Of a DNA stretch of 64,000 nt, positions 36,559 to 50,592 are shown in pieces. The DNA lies in assembly GCA_038087875.1 (NCBI GenBank), contig CM075990.1, positions 9,860,001-9,924,000 of the forward strand, in the 5' to 3' direction. The DNA comes from Malacoraja senta (Eukaryota). The position numbers and the translations under genes were made by a program. The notes under the pieces were generated by a model. The model saw only the letters and a list, made by a program, of their open reading frames with translations, had not been told where the DNA came from and ran no database searches. Each line of letters begins with the position of its first letter. Position 1 is the stretch's first letter.

Positions 36559-39173
36559 CCATTGAGTGAAGAATACTGTACTATGAAAGGTGGCAATTTT
36601 TTTTTTGCCGGGATATGTTGAAGTGTTTGGGTACTCTGCTCAAGTAGATTTAAAAGACCTCATGATATAATTTGGAACAAGAACAGGGCACTCTCAAGTT
36701 TTTTAAATTACTATTATCACTCAACTAATGTCAGTAAATGTCTGGCCATTGTTTCATTTTTATTTGTAGGATTGTGCTTGGTAGAAATTGGCTGCTATAT
36801 TTTCATCATACTGCAATGAATTAATATGAAAAATCTTGTAAAGTTCCAAGGAATAATGAGCTTTTGAAGGGCTCTATAAATTCAGGTCTTTCTTTATACA
36901 GTCCCTTCTGCGCTAAATTCAGTTTCTTTTAGATCAGGATAGCATTTTGCACAATTTATTTCACCAATATATCTTTCATTTTATCAAAAGGCAAATAGAC
37001 TCATCTTGGATTAAATAATATTTCAGAAATGTCCTTTTTCAAGCTAGAAATAGAAGTGTAGTGCTATATATGCTACGATGAGCTCACTGAATGTTGCAGT
37101 TCTGTTTTGTACCGTCTATATACTTTGGGAAGCTTTCATGTCCCTGAATGGTATAAACATTGACCTTCAGTGTCTGATGGTTAATGTATTCCTGGAAGAG
37201 CAGTATAGCAGCTGTCTTTGACAAATGCTTGGTATAGTTGATGAGAACACAAGTTAGTTCATCCCCACATACTCTTAACATTTGAACTTGGCAAGTTGAT
37301 GGGTGAAATTAGTTAGTGATGTGCTGTTGTCTAGACACAATATTGGATTTTGGTGAGTTTATAATGCTTTTTGCTGTTCATCTATTAATTTAAACAATGA
37401 AAACTTTGGATAATTCTGTTAATGCTCCGTTGGAACTCTCAGATATCAAGTAGAGTGAATCGAATTGGCTGAACGTGTGAGATGATGGAAAGCTGAGATG
37501 TGTTGTACCTCTGGCAAGACAACAGACCCTTCCGTTCACAATGTGTTGAACATGATACCAAATTAAACTAATCTCCCCTGCCTGCATGTCATTCATATCC
37601 CTCCATTCACTGCACATCCATGCGCCTATCCAAAAGTCTCAAACATAATGGAGGAGGTTGGCATGTTGACTGAAAAGAAAGTTTCTGAAAGTGTTAAGAT
37701 ACCAAACCATTGCTTGACTAGACCGTGGAACAGCTGCTCAATTTAGAAACAGATCCCCAGATGTTCGAAGAAGACTTTATAATATCGACTGGACTAGAAC
37801 CATCTTTGCTGTATCTGAATTCGGTGCCTAGATGGATGCTGGGTGATCTATGCTTACATTGTATAAGCGTAGTGGTTATAGCAAAATAAATGTCATGGGT
37901 AGTTAAGTCTACAATATTGCACTGGGTCCAGAGTCACATATAAACCAGACTTAACGCTGCATTTCTAACTCTGAACTAACAATTTCTGAACTATGTGGGT
38001 GGTTTCTGTTATTGAGGCCAGATTTGTTTTATAAATTCCAGATTATTTAATTCACAATTTAAATTTCATCTTTATCATGGTGATATTAAAACTTGCATCT
38101 CCTCGTTGTTCATCAAGCCTTTGGATTTTCAGTCAATAATTTAATGGAGATGCCATAAGCAATACCCCCTTACTAATGTACAGTTGGTTGCACTACAAAC
38201 ATGTGTATTTCTGAATGTTAGACGTTTAGTCAGAATTGTCTGGCAACCTGAATAGCAGTCTGAATTTACCCCTTGCCTGTCAGGCAGAAACCCATGTAGA
38301 GACAAATTGTTACGTTTTAGATGAGAGATCTTATTTCTGGAGAGTTTCTGATGAAGGGCACTAAATTGAAGAAACACTAACTCCATTTCCCCCTCCATAA
38401 ATGTTGCCTAACCTGGTGTATTAAGAATTTTGTGTTTCTATTTCAAATTTCCAAAATTTGAGTATTTTGCTTTTGTTCTTAAAAAATAGTTGATTTTTGA
38501 AATGAAAAAACATCATACAATAGTCAAACAGTGTTAGATACTGCTCACACATAGATACTTTATACAAAATAAGACCAAATCCTAAATAAAATGGTCAGGT
38601 GTAGTTCAATTTCATAGTGTAATGAAGGAGGTCCAGATCACATTTAATTTTCTTTATTGGCAATCCCTCTGGGTCAAGAATGATTTGCTTCTACTGCATT
38701 TCTGAAAGTTCTAAGGTGGCTGATGAAGCCCAAGTGGGAACCAAGCATGCAGCTTGTCTTTGACAGATTGGGCGAGTAGTTTGGTAGTTTATGCTCCTAC
38801 TTTTCTTTATCAGCTTCCATTTGCTCCCAATCAAGGGACCTATTATTTTTTCCGTTAAACATTCCTTCTTCATTGCCAGGTTTTCCCATGAGTCAGTGGT
38901 ATGTTATACTTTTCAATGCAACTTTGAAAAGATACTTGAATTGTTTTCTCTATTCATCTGGCAATCTCTTGCCTTGACGGTGCTCAGAATAGAGTGCCTG
39001 GTTCAGGAGCTTGCTTTCAAGATGTGCACAATGTGGTCTGCCACTGGAAACTGACTGAGTGTTGGGGCCTCAATGCTGGGGCTGGGAGAAGGTGGCTCTC
39101 ATAAGAGCAATCAGTTTGGCAGATTTGAAGAGATAATAATGATGATGACAAATTTTACATTTTGTTCATTTAG

Positions 39174-39347
39174 ATGAAAATTACAGTAATCCCATGCGAA
39201 GTGAGTTGGATGAGCTGGAAGAGGAGATTAAAAGAAGAACTAAAGAGGAGGAACTGAGAAGAAAGAAACTGAGGGAAAAGGAAGCAGCAATGGTATTTAA
39301 TCCCCGACCGAGCAAGTTCATGGACCTGGATGAACTACAAAATCAGG
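39174..39347 (+). CDS. USP54: USP54 coding exon (coiled coil)
   Basis: tag|(N)[21 protein letters not shown]...[17 protein letters not shown]|gtgagc; 174 nt, phase 1/1. Confidence 0.94.
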
Positions 39348-40765
39348 GTGAGCGCTTCCCTGCCGCTTGGTGTGTGACCTGTAATATTACATTTATTTGA
39401 AGTTAATATGAACAGAAATGAATTTATGGCTAAACCTCTAGGCCTCTAATAAACTATCACAGTAGAGATCTGATGCAGGAAATCCTTTCAATTTTATACT
39501 GTCTCCACTCTTTAAGTGGAAGATCATTTGACCTAACTGTTGACTTCTGCCGTTACCCGTGTTTGCCTATTCCATTTTGGAGAGCTTTTGAGGATATTGT
39601 GCTCCCCATATTCTTGGTACCATCATCATAGAAGTTCATATAGACTCCAAGAATTGTTGCTGGGTAGTCTGGTAATGATTGGTGAATGATAATATTTATG
39701 CCCACTAGTTTCTGAATTTGGTTTTATGCTGGTCAGATTCATAAAGTTATACAGCATGGAACCAGACCTTTTGGCCCTCGTCCATATTGACAATGATGCC
39801 TATCTATGTTAATCCCATTAGTCTGTCTTTGGCCCATATCCCTCTGAACATTTCCTATCCATCTGCCTATCCAAATGTTTTTTAAACGTAACTGTACCTG
39901 CCTCTACTATTTCCCCTGGCTTATTGTTTTATTGCAGTTAGTCATACTTTAATTGCATTGATTAAATTGGAATGTGATGTCATTTTAACATAAATCCATT
40001 TATTTTTCCTCATTTTCTACCACTTCCAAATCTCCCTTTCCTATTTCCCCAAATTGGCCCTATAGTGGATTTGATCTGATTGTCACTGCATAAGGCTTTG
40101 GTGTTTTTCACTCTTTCTGTGTTGGTAGAGCTATTTCAACGTTACAGCTCGTGAATAGTGCAAAGCTGTGTATATTGCAGGATTGGAGTTGGTGCGCTTT
40201 TAGTGCGGTGTGATCCACCCATCCAGCACTAATGATTTCCTGGACCACGCATTGTTAAGATTCTGCTGCATTATTACTCTGGTTATTACTCCAAAAGTGC
40301 AAAGATAGAATTGGTCCCTTTGTCTGCACTTGAATTAAATTTATTATCCTGGAACAGCAAGAGGGAGCACATCTCTGATGGTTCCTTACAGATCTTGTGA
40401 CTTTCTAATTTTGCAAATAAGAGGTCATTAAACCACATAATGGTTTACTCATTTAACATCGCCTGTACTTTTAAGGCTTCATAAACAGGTGGCTGGGTCT
40501 GAATTTAATTACAGTTTGGTGAGGGAAAGACATAGATTGGAATGTGATTATAAATTTCTCTCACCAGGTAAGCACTGCAGCTTGAAACTTTTAAGGCCCT
40601 CAAAGCTATAAAAAAGTGAATTTATAAATGTTCAATGCAAAACATTTCGTTTGAAAGAATTAGTTCTTAATAAATGTTTGCCAGTGTTAAATTTTGATAT
40701 TGCATTTTAATAAATGTTTAATTTAGTGCATGTGCAAAAAAAAAACCCTGCTGTTGCTTCTGCAG

Positions 40766-40885
40766 GGAAGACTGACAAGTTTGAGAGATCATTGCAGGAG
40801 GTAGACTCTCTATTAGAACAGTCTTTCCGTCTTGAACAGAAGGATGACTTGGCTGCAGCACTCAATCTCTGCAATGAAGCTGTGT
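40766..40885 (+). CDS. USP54: USP54 coding exon (MIT-like domain, first part)
   Basis: cag|(G)[39 protein letters not shown]|gtaagt; 120 nt, phase 1/1. Confidence 0.94.
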
Positions 40886-41724
40886 GTAAGTAACCCTAAC
40901 TGCCTCTGCTGCTCGCAGACTAAATGCTGTGCTAACCAGTTATGAAATCCTGCTCACTATAATCTGTTCTTCGCTTGGGTAGAAACTGAACCTAAACCAG
41001 TTATTCTTTTTTTTTTCTTTATGTGCATGTCAAATTCCCAATTAGATAATCTACATGTGGAAAAGTTGTCTTGAAATCATTTCATGAATACTTTAAGGAG
41101 AATTTTGGTTTTATTTAATTGAGTATCTGGATTTTCAAATTTAATATACATAATAAAGTCTTGTTCTTTTAATTGTTCAGAACTATGGAAAGCTATTTAA
41201 ATAATGTTTATCCTAAAATGCTCTTTTATGAGAAACATTTTATGTTAACTTCTCATTTGGTTTAAATCAAGGAGGTGCAAAACTAATTTATTTTCTTAAA
41301 ATATATTAACAATAATTAATCTGACTGGTAAGTTAAAACTTATGCTGTTTGGTACATTGAAAATACAGATTCTCAGTATTACAAATTAGCAGTTCATTTC
41401 ACATTTCTTTCATGCTTTTGATCATTTCTATCTTTGAACATGCCTAATTTCACTGAAGAGTAATGTTTGTGTCACGCATTCACTTTAATTTGGCTTTTGC
41501 TCAGCTATGTGGAGTCATGTGTGTTCTTAATAAGATATGTGACTCATTAAGCATTTGATGTGACATTTGATGATTTTCTTTACAACCATCATTTTGTAAT
41601 TAAAGCAATGCTGTTCCAAACACCGCTAACATTGCATCAGAGCATTTGTGAGTTTCTCATACTTTTATAATTGCATGTTGTTTGAGTCTGCGTGTGCATT
41701 TTTTTCTGCTGTTTTGCATTTTAG

Positions 41725-41890
41725 CTAAACTAAGACTTGCTATGCATGAAGGCAGTGCCATCACACACAGCAGAGCCCTTGCTGATAAGAAGCTGCATAT
41801 TTGCATGAAGAAGGTTCGAAGTCTGCAGGAGAGCATGCAACCATCCACCCACTCCCCACCAACTGGGGACTCTGTGACTGAATGCAAAAG
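41725..41890 (+). CDS. USP54: USP54 coding exon (MIT-like domain, second part)
   Basis: tag|(S)[38 protein letters not shown]...ECK|gtagta; 166 nt, phase 1/2. Confidence 0.9.
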
Positions 41891-42540
41891 GTAGTATCCT
41901 TAGGATTAAGAGGGGGCAAAATGTCAGGTGAATTAGGTTTGAGCTTAAAGGAAGTCATCCTGTGAAATAAGACATAGAAAGTTAGCCTTAGTTAAGCAAA
42001 ATATACAAAAACCACAACAGTAACATTTTTTCAAGATGCCATTTAAAAAGAGAAATTTGCAGAACTCCTGTGAAGTACTATGGCACTTGTAAGAATTAAA
42101 GGAGGTTGCTTCTTTGAATCTAAAATTGTAATAAAAAAAAGATTAGTTGTGCATTCATATTTTTAAGTGATTTTAACAAAGGCTGCGTGGTGTAGGCCAT
42201 TTCTTTGAGGTTTGTTATAATTTCTAATCCATTTAATCAAAATATTTGCAAATGTTTTTTGAAATATGCATGGAGACTCCACAGTGAACAACTCCACTGT
42301 AGTTTTCATTTCTTCGTGAATTTTAACAAGAATTGATTTTAACCTTTTCCTCAGCAATTCCTTAGGTTTACTGCAAAATTACTCTTTTTGAAATAAATTG
42401 GATGCTGATATCAGATTTTAATGTGCAGTTTAATTAAACGTATTTGTTGGTGGAGATGTGCAAGCAATATGTGTGTTGTGTGTGGCCACTGTAAATTATT
42501 CACAATAAAATTTTGGAAGTAACACCATTCTTTATTTCAG

Positions 42541-44033
42541 TATGCAGGCTGGCCAGGTCCAAATACTGTTAGCATCAGAGAGAGTAATGGAACCCATCAG
42601 TGAGCCAGACCACAGGCCCAAACCTTCCCGAGCCCTGCCAGCCTCCCATCACCAGCTACAAGTCCAACATGCTACCCAGTTACACAGCCCTCACTCCGAA
42701 TCGCATGGCCAAGCTTCTGCTACATTGACTTCTGAACTAAAATGGAACCAATCTGCCAGCTATACCAATGAGCTTCCGTCTTTCCACAAATGCAATTGGG
42801 TTCAAGGGGAAAAGGTGGAGGAGAAATGTGTAAGTGGTGCAGTGAATATGTGTCAGGTGAAAAATAATGATGAACCAATGGAAGAGTCACCGGACTGTTT
42901 CCCACACAATTACAAACTGAAAATGAACAAACATGGCTCCTTGCCTTTGCTTACTTCTGAATATGGAGACATAAGTCACACATTTTCCTCACCATCTCCC
43001 CACTGTCAGGTGTTGACACCAAGAGATGAAATAGATTTGTATCCAAAGATCACGCCTCATTCTCTGTATTTCAATTCAAGGCAACTTGAATTGAACACGA
43101 CTGATACCAGTATATCTCCATCTACAATTTTGTCGTCCACGAACTTGAAGTGGACCTCTGATCAATCTTCTACCCCTAAAGCAATTTTGAATTTGGAGTT
43201 CAACTCAAAGATTGAAGGTGCCCATTCACCAAAGATCAAGACAACAGTTGATATGGGTAATGTACAGTCAACGACAGCACAGATTCAAAGATTAAATGCA
43301 ACGCTGGGCCAGGGAAATGAAGATGTTAATTACAAAAGAGTGCATTCCAATTCTCGGCCAAAGAAAATGGATCAGGAAGTATTGCAGCTACCTCTGAATA
43401 ATAATCAACAGGTAGTATTTCTTCAGAGCAAGGATCAGTTGGACAGTGAAAAGTGGCCTATTGACAGCTTATATTCTTCCCAGGTTTCAGATGCACCATT
43501 AGATTGTAAAACTGAGGCACCTGCTCCTCTACCAGTACCTTCATACAGACCAAAGACAAATACTGTTGCAAGAGATCTGAGCTGCCATTCTGGTGCATCA
43601 GATTTTCTATCTGACCCTCCAACAGATGATACATGTGATCAAAAATACCAACGTATTGTCCAGTCACTTTTCGGAGACACCTGTTTAAACAACAACTCTG
43701 GTCCGATTAGACAGCAGCATGAACATTCCACAAGTTCTTCTGTACCTGTAGACCACTGGATTGATGATATAAGAAAACATTATGTGCCTCGGTCAGATTG
43801 CCGAAACAGTGAACAGCAACATCTGCATAATAAACAGCCCAGCCAAGAAAGTAACACACATGGTCATGGGCAACAAATGCAGCCGATTAATGCTAAAGAT
43901 CAGGACATACAGCTGGAGTTTTCAGAGCTGGAATCCCTCTATCAAGCAAGTCTGCATGCTTCGGATAATAGGAGATACTTACCAGGTAGACAATTGGCAG
44001 AGAAAGTCACCAGGCAAAGTAGCATTAAACCAG
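42541..44033 (+). CDS. USP54: USP54 large coding exon (low-complexity region)
   Basis: ttcag acceptor, open 1493 nt, conserved islets SSVPVDHW and SELESLYQASL, donor cag|gtaaga; phase 2/1. Confidence 0.92.
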
Positions 44034-45946
44034 GTAAGAAGATGCAACATGTAGTGAACAAAAAATATTGCTGCATAGTTTGTGGAAAGTGTGACATGAG
44101 TTTGGATGTACTGTTTATGGTATTCAGTAGCTAATGACCAATTACCCAAGCATTATAAGTCTCATGTAGGGTCTGAGAATTGGTTTTCTGAGAAGGCACG
44201 AAAGCACGACAGTAGGAAAGATCTATTACTTTTCTTAATTACAGTAAAATTTGGATTAACAATTAAATCTCATTATTACTAGGTATCCTCCTGTCTGCTT
44301 CACTATTTTGGTGAGTTTGCAAATCGTTCAAATAGATCTGGACTGTGGTAAAGAAGATAAATTCTTGATTTTCTTGATTTTTATTCTCCACATTTAGTTT
44401 GACCGTCGTTCTACTTACTGGCCCCTATCATTTCCACCCTGTGTAGCGTGAACTGCTATCAATATACACTTCTTGCAAATACAAAGACCATCTTGTTTTC
44501 TTGCAAACTACTGCTTCATTTTTAAACTCTTTTGCCTCAAGTTGCTGAATATGTTGCCACTACCCAAATCCATATCCCCTTTTTATACCTGATTCAGTTT
44601 TAGCAATGATCAGCCATTTAGCATGCCATTTTGACCATGAGCACAATTAATCACTTGTGCATCCTGGTCAGTCTGTATTTTCAAAAATGCCCAGTCAAAT
44701 CTGCTTCGATCATTGCCTTTGAATCACTGTTCTTTTCTCATATCTTCAATTAATTTCCTATTGATTGTAATACACCATCTTGCAAAGGTGACCGTTCCTG
44801 TCTTTGAACTGTTATTTTGGAATCCCTGAGGGTTGACCTTTGATCAGCTGTATCTTAACCCTTGATGACATTATTCATTAACATGTACATATCTTACTAT
44901 GTGCATTATTTTGGTAATATTTGTAAGATAAAAACAGTGGTTGAATGGCAGAGTAGACTTGATGGGCCGAATTCTGTTCCTATCACATATGAACATGAAC
45001 AGTACATCCTTGAAGTACCTAGCCAATCCGCACGTATGAAGAGTGAAACAGTTAATGCTACTTCCTTCACAGGTGCAGATTGACGTTCTATGCATTTCCA
45101 GTATTTTTGTCATTATTCCAGATGCCCTGAATATGTAGTTTATGGCTTTGCAATTGTTTGTTTTTTTTCTCTCTGCTTCTATCTTTAACACATAATGCCA
45201 CCATTAGTTTAGTTTGATTTATTTCTGCTAGTTGGTTGTTTGTCCTTGAGTTTATAGAAAGGTTGTATTATAAGTAACGTATAACATGTACATCTTGGTA
45301 AAGGGGATAAAATGACCATTGCTTCAGTGGAATGATTTGAGTACAGCAATTTATAATCTCGAATAGCTTAATAAAAATTGCAGAGTAGAATGAAGAAGTT
45401 TGGTGATCGTATGAGCTTAAACTGTTCCTTGGCCCACATAAAACAATTTCTACTGCAGCTGCAAGTAAAGGACCCCTTTCCCACTGCTTCCTTCCTGGAA
45501 TATCACCATCCTTCCCAGTCATACTCCCTGTTACCTTTACCTCCAGATCTTAACTGCATACATGACACATGTTGCCAATCCCCAGCTGTGGATGCACACC
45601 TGTCCACATTTCCAACCCTATCTCTGACATTACTATTGCATTTATTTATCTTTTTTATCTAATTTCACATAGACTGGCAAACATTTATGTTACAGACTGA
45701 CATTAGTCCACAGACTTCTTGTTGAGGAACACTAGAAAAGAGCACAATTACCAGAGGACCTAGGACCTCCATTGAAATATCTGGGACCTTTTTAGGGGAT
45801 GCAGTACTTTCATAATGAAGTTGTATGTTTTTTATGGTATAATAGATCATCCTTTGGAGGCCAATTTATTTAAAATCAATAATCTAACTACACTTGGATA
45901 CTTTAAATAAAGGAAATGTTAATATTTCTGATGTGTGTGCCAATAG

Positions 45947-46065
45947 TTTCTGCACAAAACGTTACAAGAAAACACTTCTCTCCGCCTGAAAGAGGGCGAT
46001 CAAAGACTCCGACTGCAGAGATTGAGCGCAGTGCTTATCGAGCAGCTGTACCAGTGAGCACAAAG
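45947..46065 (+). CDS. USP54: USP54 coding exon
   Basis: tag|(V)SAQNVTRKHFSPPERGRSKTPTAEIERSAYRAAVPVSTK|gtacgt; 119 nt, phase 1/0. Confidence 0.88.
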
Positions 46066-46436
46066 GTACGTGATAGCTTTGTAAGACACGGCACTTATTG
46101 TTCCTTACCTGTTATAAATTTCATTCTGAATTGAATTGAAGTTTAATCTGCTTTTAAATATGCAATGCGTTAGGTTCAACTATTTATGTTAAATTGTTGC
46201 TTTCTTTCAGGCTGTTCATGTTTAATGGTGCGAATAAATAGTGTATTGGGATAAATTGTGCATATCTAACAGGTTAAAGTCTTCTGTTACCATTTTGAAA
46301 GATGTATCTTGATCTTTTAAGATAAAGTTTGATTTATCAAAATGTTTCCTCTGTCTTGCTTAATTGGGCAAATTAAAACACTGTACCAATCTTCTCGTGA
46401 AGAATCAGTGGAATAATCCAAATGAAATAAAAGTGG

Positions 46437-47000
46437 TTGCATCGTGGCTTGGTTTGGCAACGTGAGCGTCCAGGAGCAGAAAAGGCTGCAGAAAGTTGTA
46501 ACCACTGCCCAGACCACCATCGGCTCTGACCTCCCCACCATCGAAGGGATCTATCGCAGTCGCTGCCTCAAAAAGGCAGCCAACATCATCAAGGACCCAA
46601 ACCATCCTGGCCACGCACTCATCTCTCCGCTACCATCAGGCAGAAGGTACAGGAGCCTGAAATCTGTTACATCCAGGTTCAAGAACAGCTACTTCCCCAC
46701 TGCCATCAGGCTATTAAACTCGCCAACAAACAGACTCTGAACTGTAACAGCCTATTGCACTTTATCTGCTTATTTATGTATATATTGAACTGAGCTGTTT
46801 AAGAAGGAACTGCAGATGCTGGAAAATCAAAGGTAGACAAAAGTGCTGGAGAAACTCAGCGGGTGCAGCAGCATCTATGGAGCGGAACTGTTCTGTACTT
46901 TTGCTCCCAATATTCTGTTGTGCTGCAGCAAGCAAGAATTTCATTGTCCTATCTGGGACACATGACAATAAACTCTCTTGACTTGACTTGACTTGACTTG
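46437..47000 (+). mobile_element. Rex1/Babar-type LINE 3' fragment, containing a Penelope terminal-repeat piece (about 46800-46884, - strand)
   Basis: AWFGN...RLQKVVTTAQ...RCLKKAANIIKDPNHPGH...RFKNSYFPTAIRLLN; (ACTTG)n tail 46976-47000. Confidence 0.88.
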
Positions 47001-47316
47001 AAAATACTCAGCAAATCAAGCTGCATCTGTGGAGAGAGAAACAGATTTAATGCTTCAGGTCAATGAACTCTCATGAAAAAATTGGAAATAAAGCTGTTTC
47101 TAATTAATGCATTTTAAGGCTGGTCGAGAAATAGCCATTGATGTTGAAGGAAAATGAGTCCAGGTGAAGAATATGTATGCATTTGTATCATTGGAAAGCA
47201 GCTAGTCAAATTAATTAGGGCATGAGTTAACAGATTTTAGAACTGTTCTTAAACTGTTGGACTGTTCTCCAGTTTTTACTTTAAAATGTATTTATTTGTA
47301 CATCTCATTTTATAAG

Positions 47317-47457
47317 GTGCATTTCAATGAGTTTTCTCCAAGAGAAAACTTGGAAAATGACAGTTACAGTGCAGATAATTTCCGTCGTATTGCTCGCAGC
47401 CTGAGTGGAACCATCCTTGCTCACAGAGAGAATCCTGTGGTTATTCCTCACAGTATC
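47317..47457 (+). CDS. USP54: USP54 coding exon
   Basis: aag|VHFNEF...YSADNFRRIARSLSGTILAHRE...HSI|gtaagt; 141 nt, phase 0/0. Confidence 0.92.
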
Positions 47458-47599
47458 GTAAGTAAACCGTCCTGCGGCAACAAAGGCATAAAATGGCACT
47501 GAATTGGCCTTGAGTGAATTGAATACATTTTAACCAGTTTATTTCCTTTGTCTCCGTGAAATGTTTTTTCATTTTGTCATTGTTCGCTTATGTTGGAAG

Positions 47600-47795
47600 G
47601 AAACAACAAATGTGAGAAAACAAGTGGAGCCTCAAAACAGATCAGTCAGTTCCTCTTCATTGACCACGGCCAAAGGCCCCTCCCCTGATCCTCTTGTGTT
47701 AGCCTCCTACCCTCAACATCATCCCTTCCTACCACAACACCTCTCGTTTGATCCACTGCAGCCCAACATGTCTGGTGATGCAAACAGAGCTTCAG
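47600..47795 (+). CDS. USP54: USP54 coding exon
   Basis: aag|ETTNVRKQVEPQNRSVSSSSL...DPLQPNMSGDANRAS|gtaatc; 196 nt, phase 0/1. Confidence 0.9.
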
Positions 47796-49227
47796 GTAAT
47801 CCTGCTTGCACAAAATACTAACATTTACGTCTTTTTCAGTGTACATTTGTCCTAAAGTTTGTCTATAAAGCCCTTGTCTAGCTAATGCTAATTTCATATG
47901 GTACTATTTCACATATATATTAGTATTAAGATATCAAATTAGGATGTGTTTAAACTGTTCACCGTGCTATTCGCGCATGTATTTTGCAACATAAGATTTG
48001 TTTGGTCATTTGCTGCCATTCAGCATATGCCAATAAATCGGAAAATTGTATAATATTTGACAAGTTTGTGCCATTTATTTTTATTCTGTAGTAAGATTCA
48101 AAATGGATAAATAGCTGGAAACACACATGGCAGTCTAGCTGCGGATTAAATCCAATGGATCATGAATGACTGCAGTGTTACAGCACACAGGGCAGCAAAG
48201 TAGCTCTACAGTTAGCGTTGCTGCCTCACAGATCTAAGATCCTGGGTTCAGTTGGAAATTCTGTGGTGATTCCCGTGTTCTGATATTATTTCAGCAAATG
48301 ATTGGTTAGGACAGCCATGTAGAACATAGAACAGTATAGCACAGTAACAGGCCCTTCATCTCAGAATGTCTGTGGCCACTAAAAATAACCCTATCTGCCT
48401 GCCTGTGATCCATATTCCTCTCTTCCCTGCATGTTCATGTGCCTTTTAAACGTCATTATCATGACTTCTTCCAGCACCCGCCCTGGTAGTGTGTTCCAGG
48501 CACCTGCCAATTTCTGTGTAACAATAAACTTGCCCTACATATGTCTATTAAACTCTCCCCCCCCCCATCTTAAACATTTGCATTCCAGTGTTTGATATTT
48601 TTACCCCATCTATGTTTCTCATAATTTTATGAAATTCTATCACATCTCCTCTTAGCTCCCCTTAGTTGTTGATACCCTTTTGAAAATAATCTAGATTTCT
48701 TCAACCTCTCATTATAGCAGATACTCTCTAATCCAGGCGATATCCTGGTGAACCTCCTGTACACCCTTTTCAAAGCCTCCACATCCTTCCTTTAATGGGA
48801 AAACTAGAACTTGCATGCAATACACCTAATGTGTTCAAACCAAAGTTTTATAAAGATGCAACATGACTTCCTATACTGCTTCAGTGGATGAGTTCTTCAG
48901 TGTGACAATCTCCCTGATTAGCAATGTGATTCCTCTTTTATCTCCTCTGTCATGTTTGAAATATAGTAACCGTCAAAGGCCAGAATATCACAATTCGATG
49001 CACTAATCCAGGGTCTAAATTCATCTACCTTACCCATAACATTCCTTGCATTGCAACGTGTGCACTTCAGCCCATCAGTGCAAACGGTATTTATTTCATC
49101 AATGTCTCTATTAGTTATGGTGAATGACTGACGAATCAGTCTGAAGAATTGGAGTAGAATGTTGTTATTGCTGTTTTGATCTGATCAATATAATGATCTA
49201 ATTTACGTGTTTTTTTGTCGAAAATAG

Positions 49228-49922
49228 ACAGGAACGTCGAAAAACTACTGGCTGTGTTTGACCGGGGTGAAGCTCTCAACCACGAGAACTACCAGAGTGT
49301 TGCAGTGAACTATGGTACTTTGCCACGCTCAGAGAAGAGAATAACCTTAGGACAGAGACCCATCAGGAAAGACCAGATTAATGTTGCAAACATAATCAAG
49401 CAGAGAATAACTCAAGCAGTTCTTCCTGATAAGACAAAGGTCGAACAACTTTGCAAAGATCCACCTAGCATGGCAACACTCAGCAGGTCACCATATCAAA
49501 CCACACCTGAGGTGCCTGATAGTTTTGACACTTTTCCTGGGAATTACAGATTGAGGCATAGCATTGGCCAGAATACTTCTCCAAAAGGCAACTTCATGGC
49601 AAATACTTTGGAACCTCAGAAATCTCCTTGCTTTAAGTCTTCAGGTCCTATCCGTCTTGATGTACCTCCTGATGAGGATTGGAGGAAGGCAGTTTACACC
49701 CAGTCTCAGCACAGTGATAGGAGGTGTTTGCCCAGCAAAACTGTTGCAAGGACCAATGGTACTGGTGTGTATTCAAGGAGACCATCAGCTGAACAGACTA
49801 CTTCACGACCTGCCACCAGAGGTCGCCCGTGTGCTCTATGCCAGCTGGTTCTCACAGATGCTGGTGAGGCCTACTGCCAGAACTGCAGTCTGTATATGGC
49901 ACGATTTAAACCACGACACTAA
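49228..49922 (+). CDS. USP54: USP54 last coding exon
   Basis: tag|(D)RNVEKLLAVFDRGE...NYGTLP...GPIRLDVPPDEDWRK...CALC...CQNCSLYMARFKPRH*; TAA at 49920-49922. Confidence 0.92.
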
Positions 49923-50592
49923 CCTTTGTGATCAGGCCAAAACCAATGATGGGTTTCGCGGCAATTATCTTAAAGTAGACTGATGCTGGGACTAAAAACT
50001 GATATTGCTACTAACTGAATGTATAGTAACTCTGTAAAAGTTATCACATATCAGTTGTGATATTGAGAACTGATAGTGCATTTAATGATTAGTATAAATG
50101 AAAAATGATGAAGGCTTGAGATAGAATTATATAAATTATAAAATAGAAAATATTTGGTTATTATTTAGAAATTAAGTTTGAAGTTCTGATGCTGGATGTA
50201 GCAACTGCACTGCTGTCCTGCAGATGTACATAATTATTGCAATTTTGCAATGTAATCTGACCAAGTAGTCTCTAGACACTGATAATTTGGATCATTACAT
50301 TGAGGTAAAATGTGAAACATCTCTACTACAGTAGAATGATCTGAATGCATTTTATAGTTTACATGTTGTTAAGTTGTACCAGAAATTTTGCAGTACACAA
50401 TTTAATTCGCCCATTTAAAATTAAAATCAATTGTTGAAATATTTTGTATTAAAATAAGTACAAGGACCACCTTTGTGATGTTTCTTAACAAAAACCTCAA
50501 AATCTATTTAGGGCTTGATGGTTTCAACATCTCAAAAAAATGATCTTAAAAGTTTGAATCTAGCTACAGGATGTTTGAAATAATGATAGAAA

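Noticed and set aside
42542..44134. 530-aa ORF as a stand-alone novel gene
   Set aside because: It is the large internal USP54 exon; splice phases fit both neighbours and the last 33 codons run into the intron
49228..49232. Alternative acceptor ACAG 4 nt downstream
   Set aside because: Shifts the frame away from the conserved DRGE...PPDEDWR sequence
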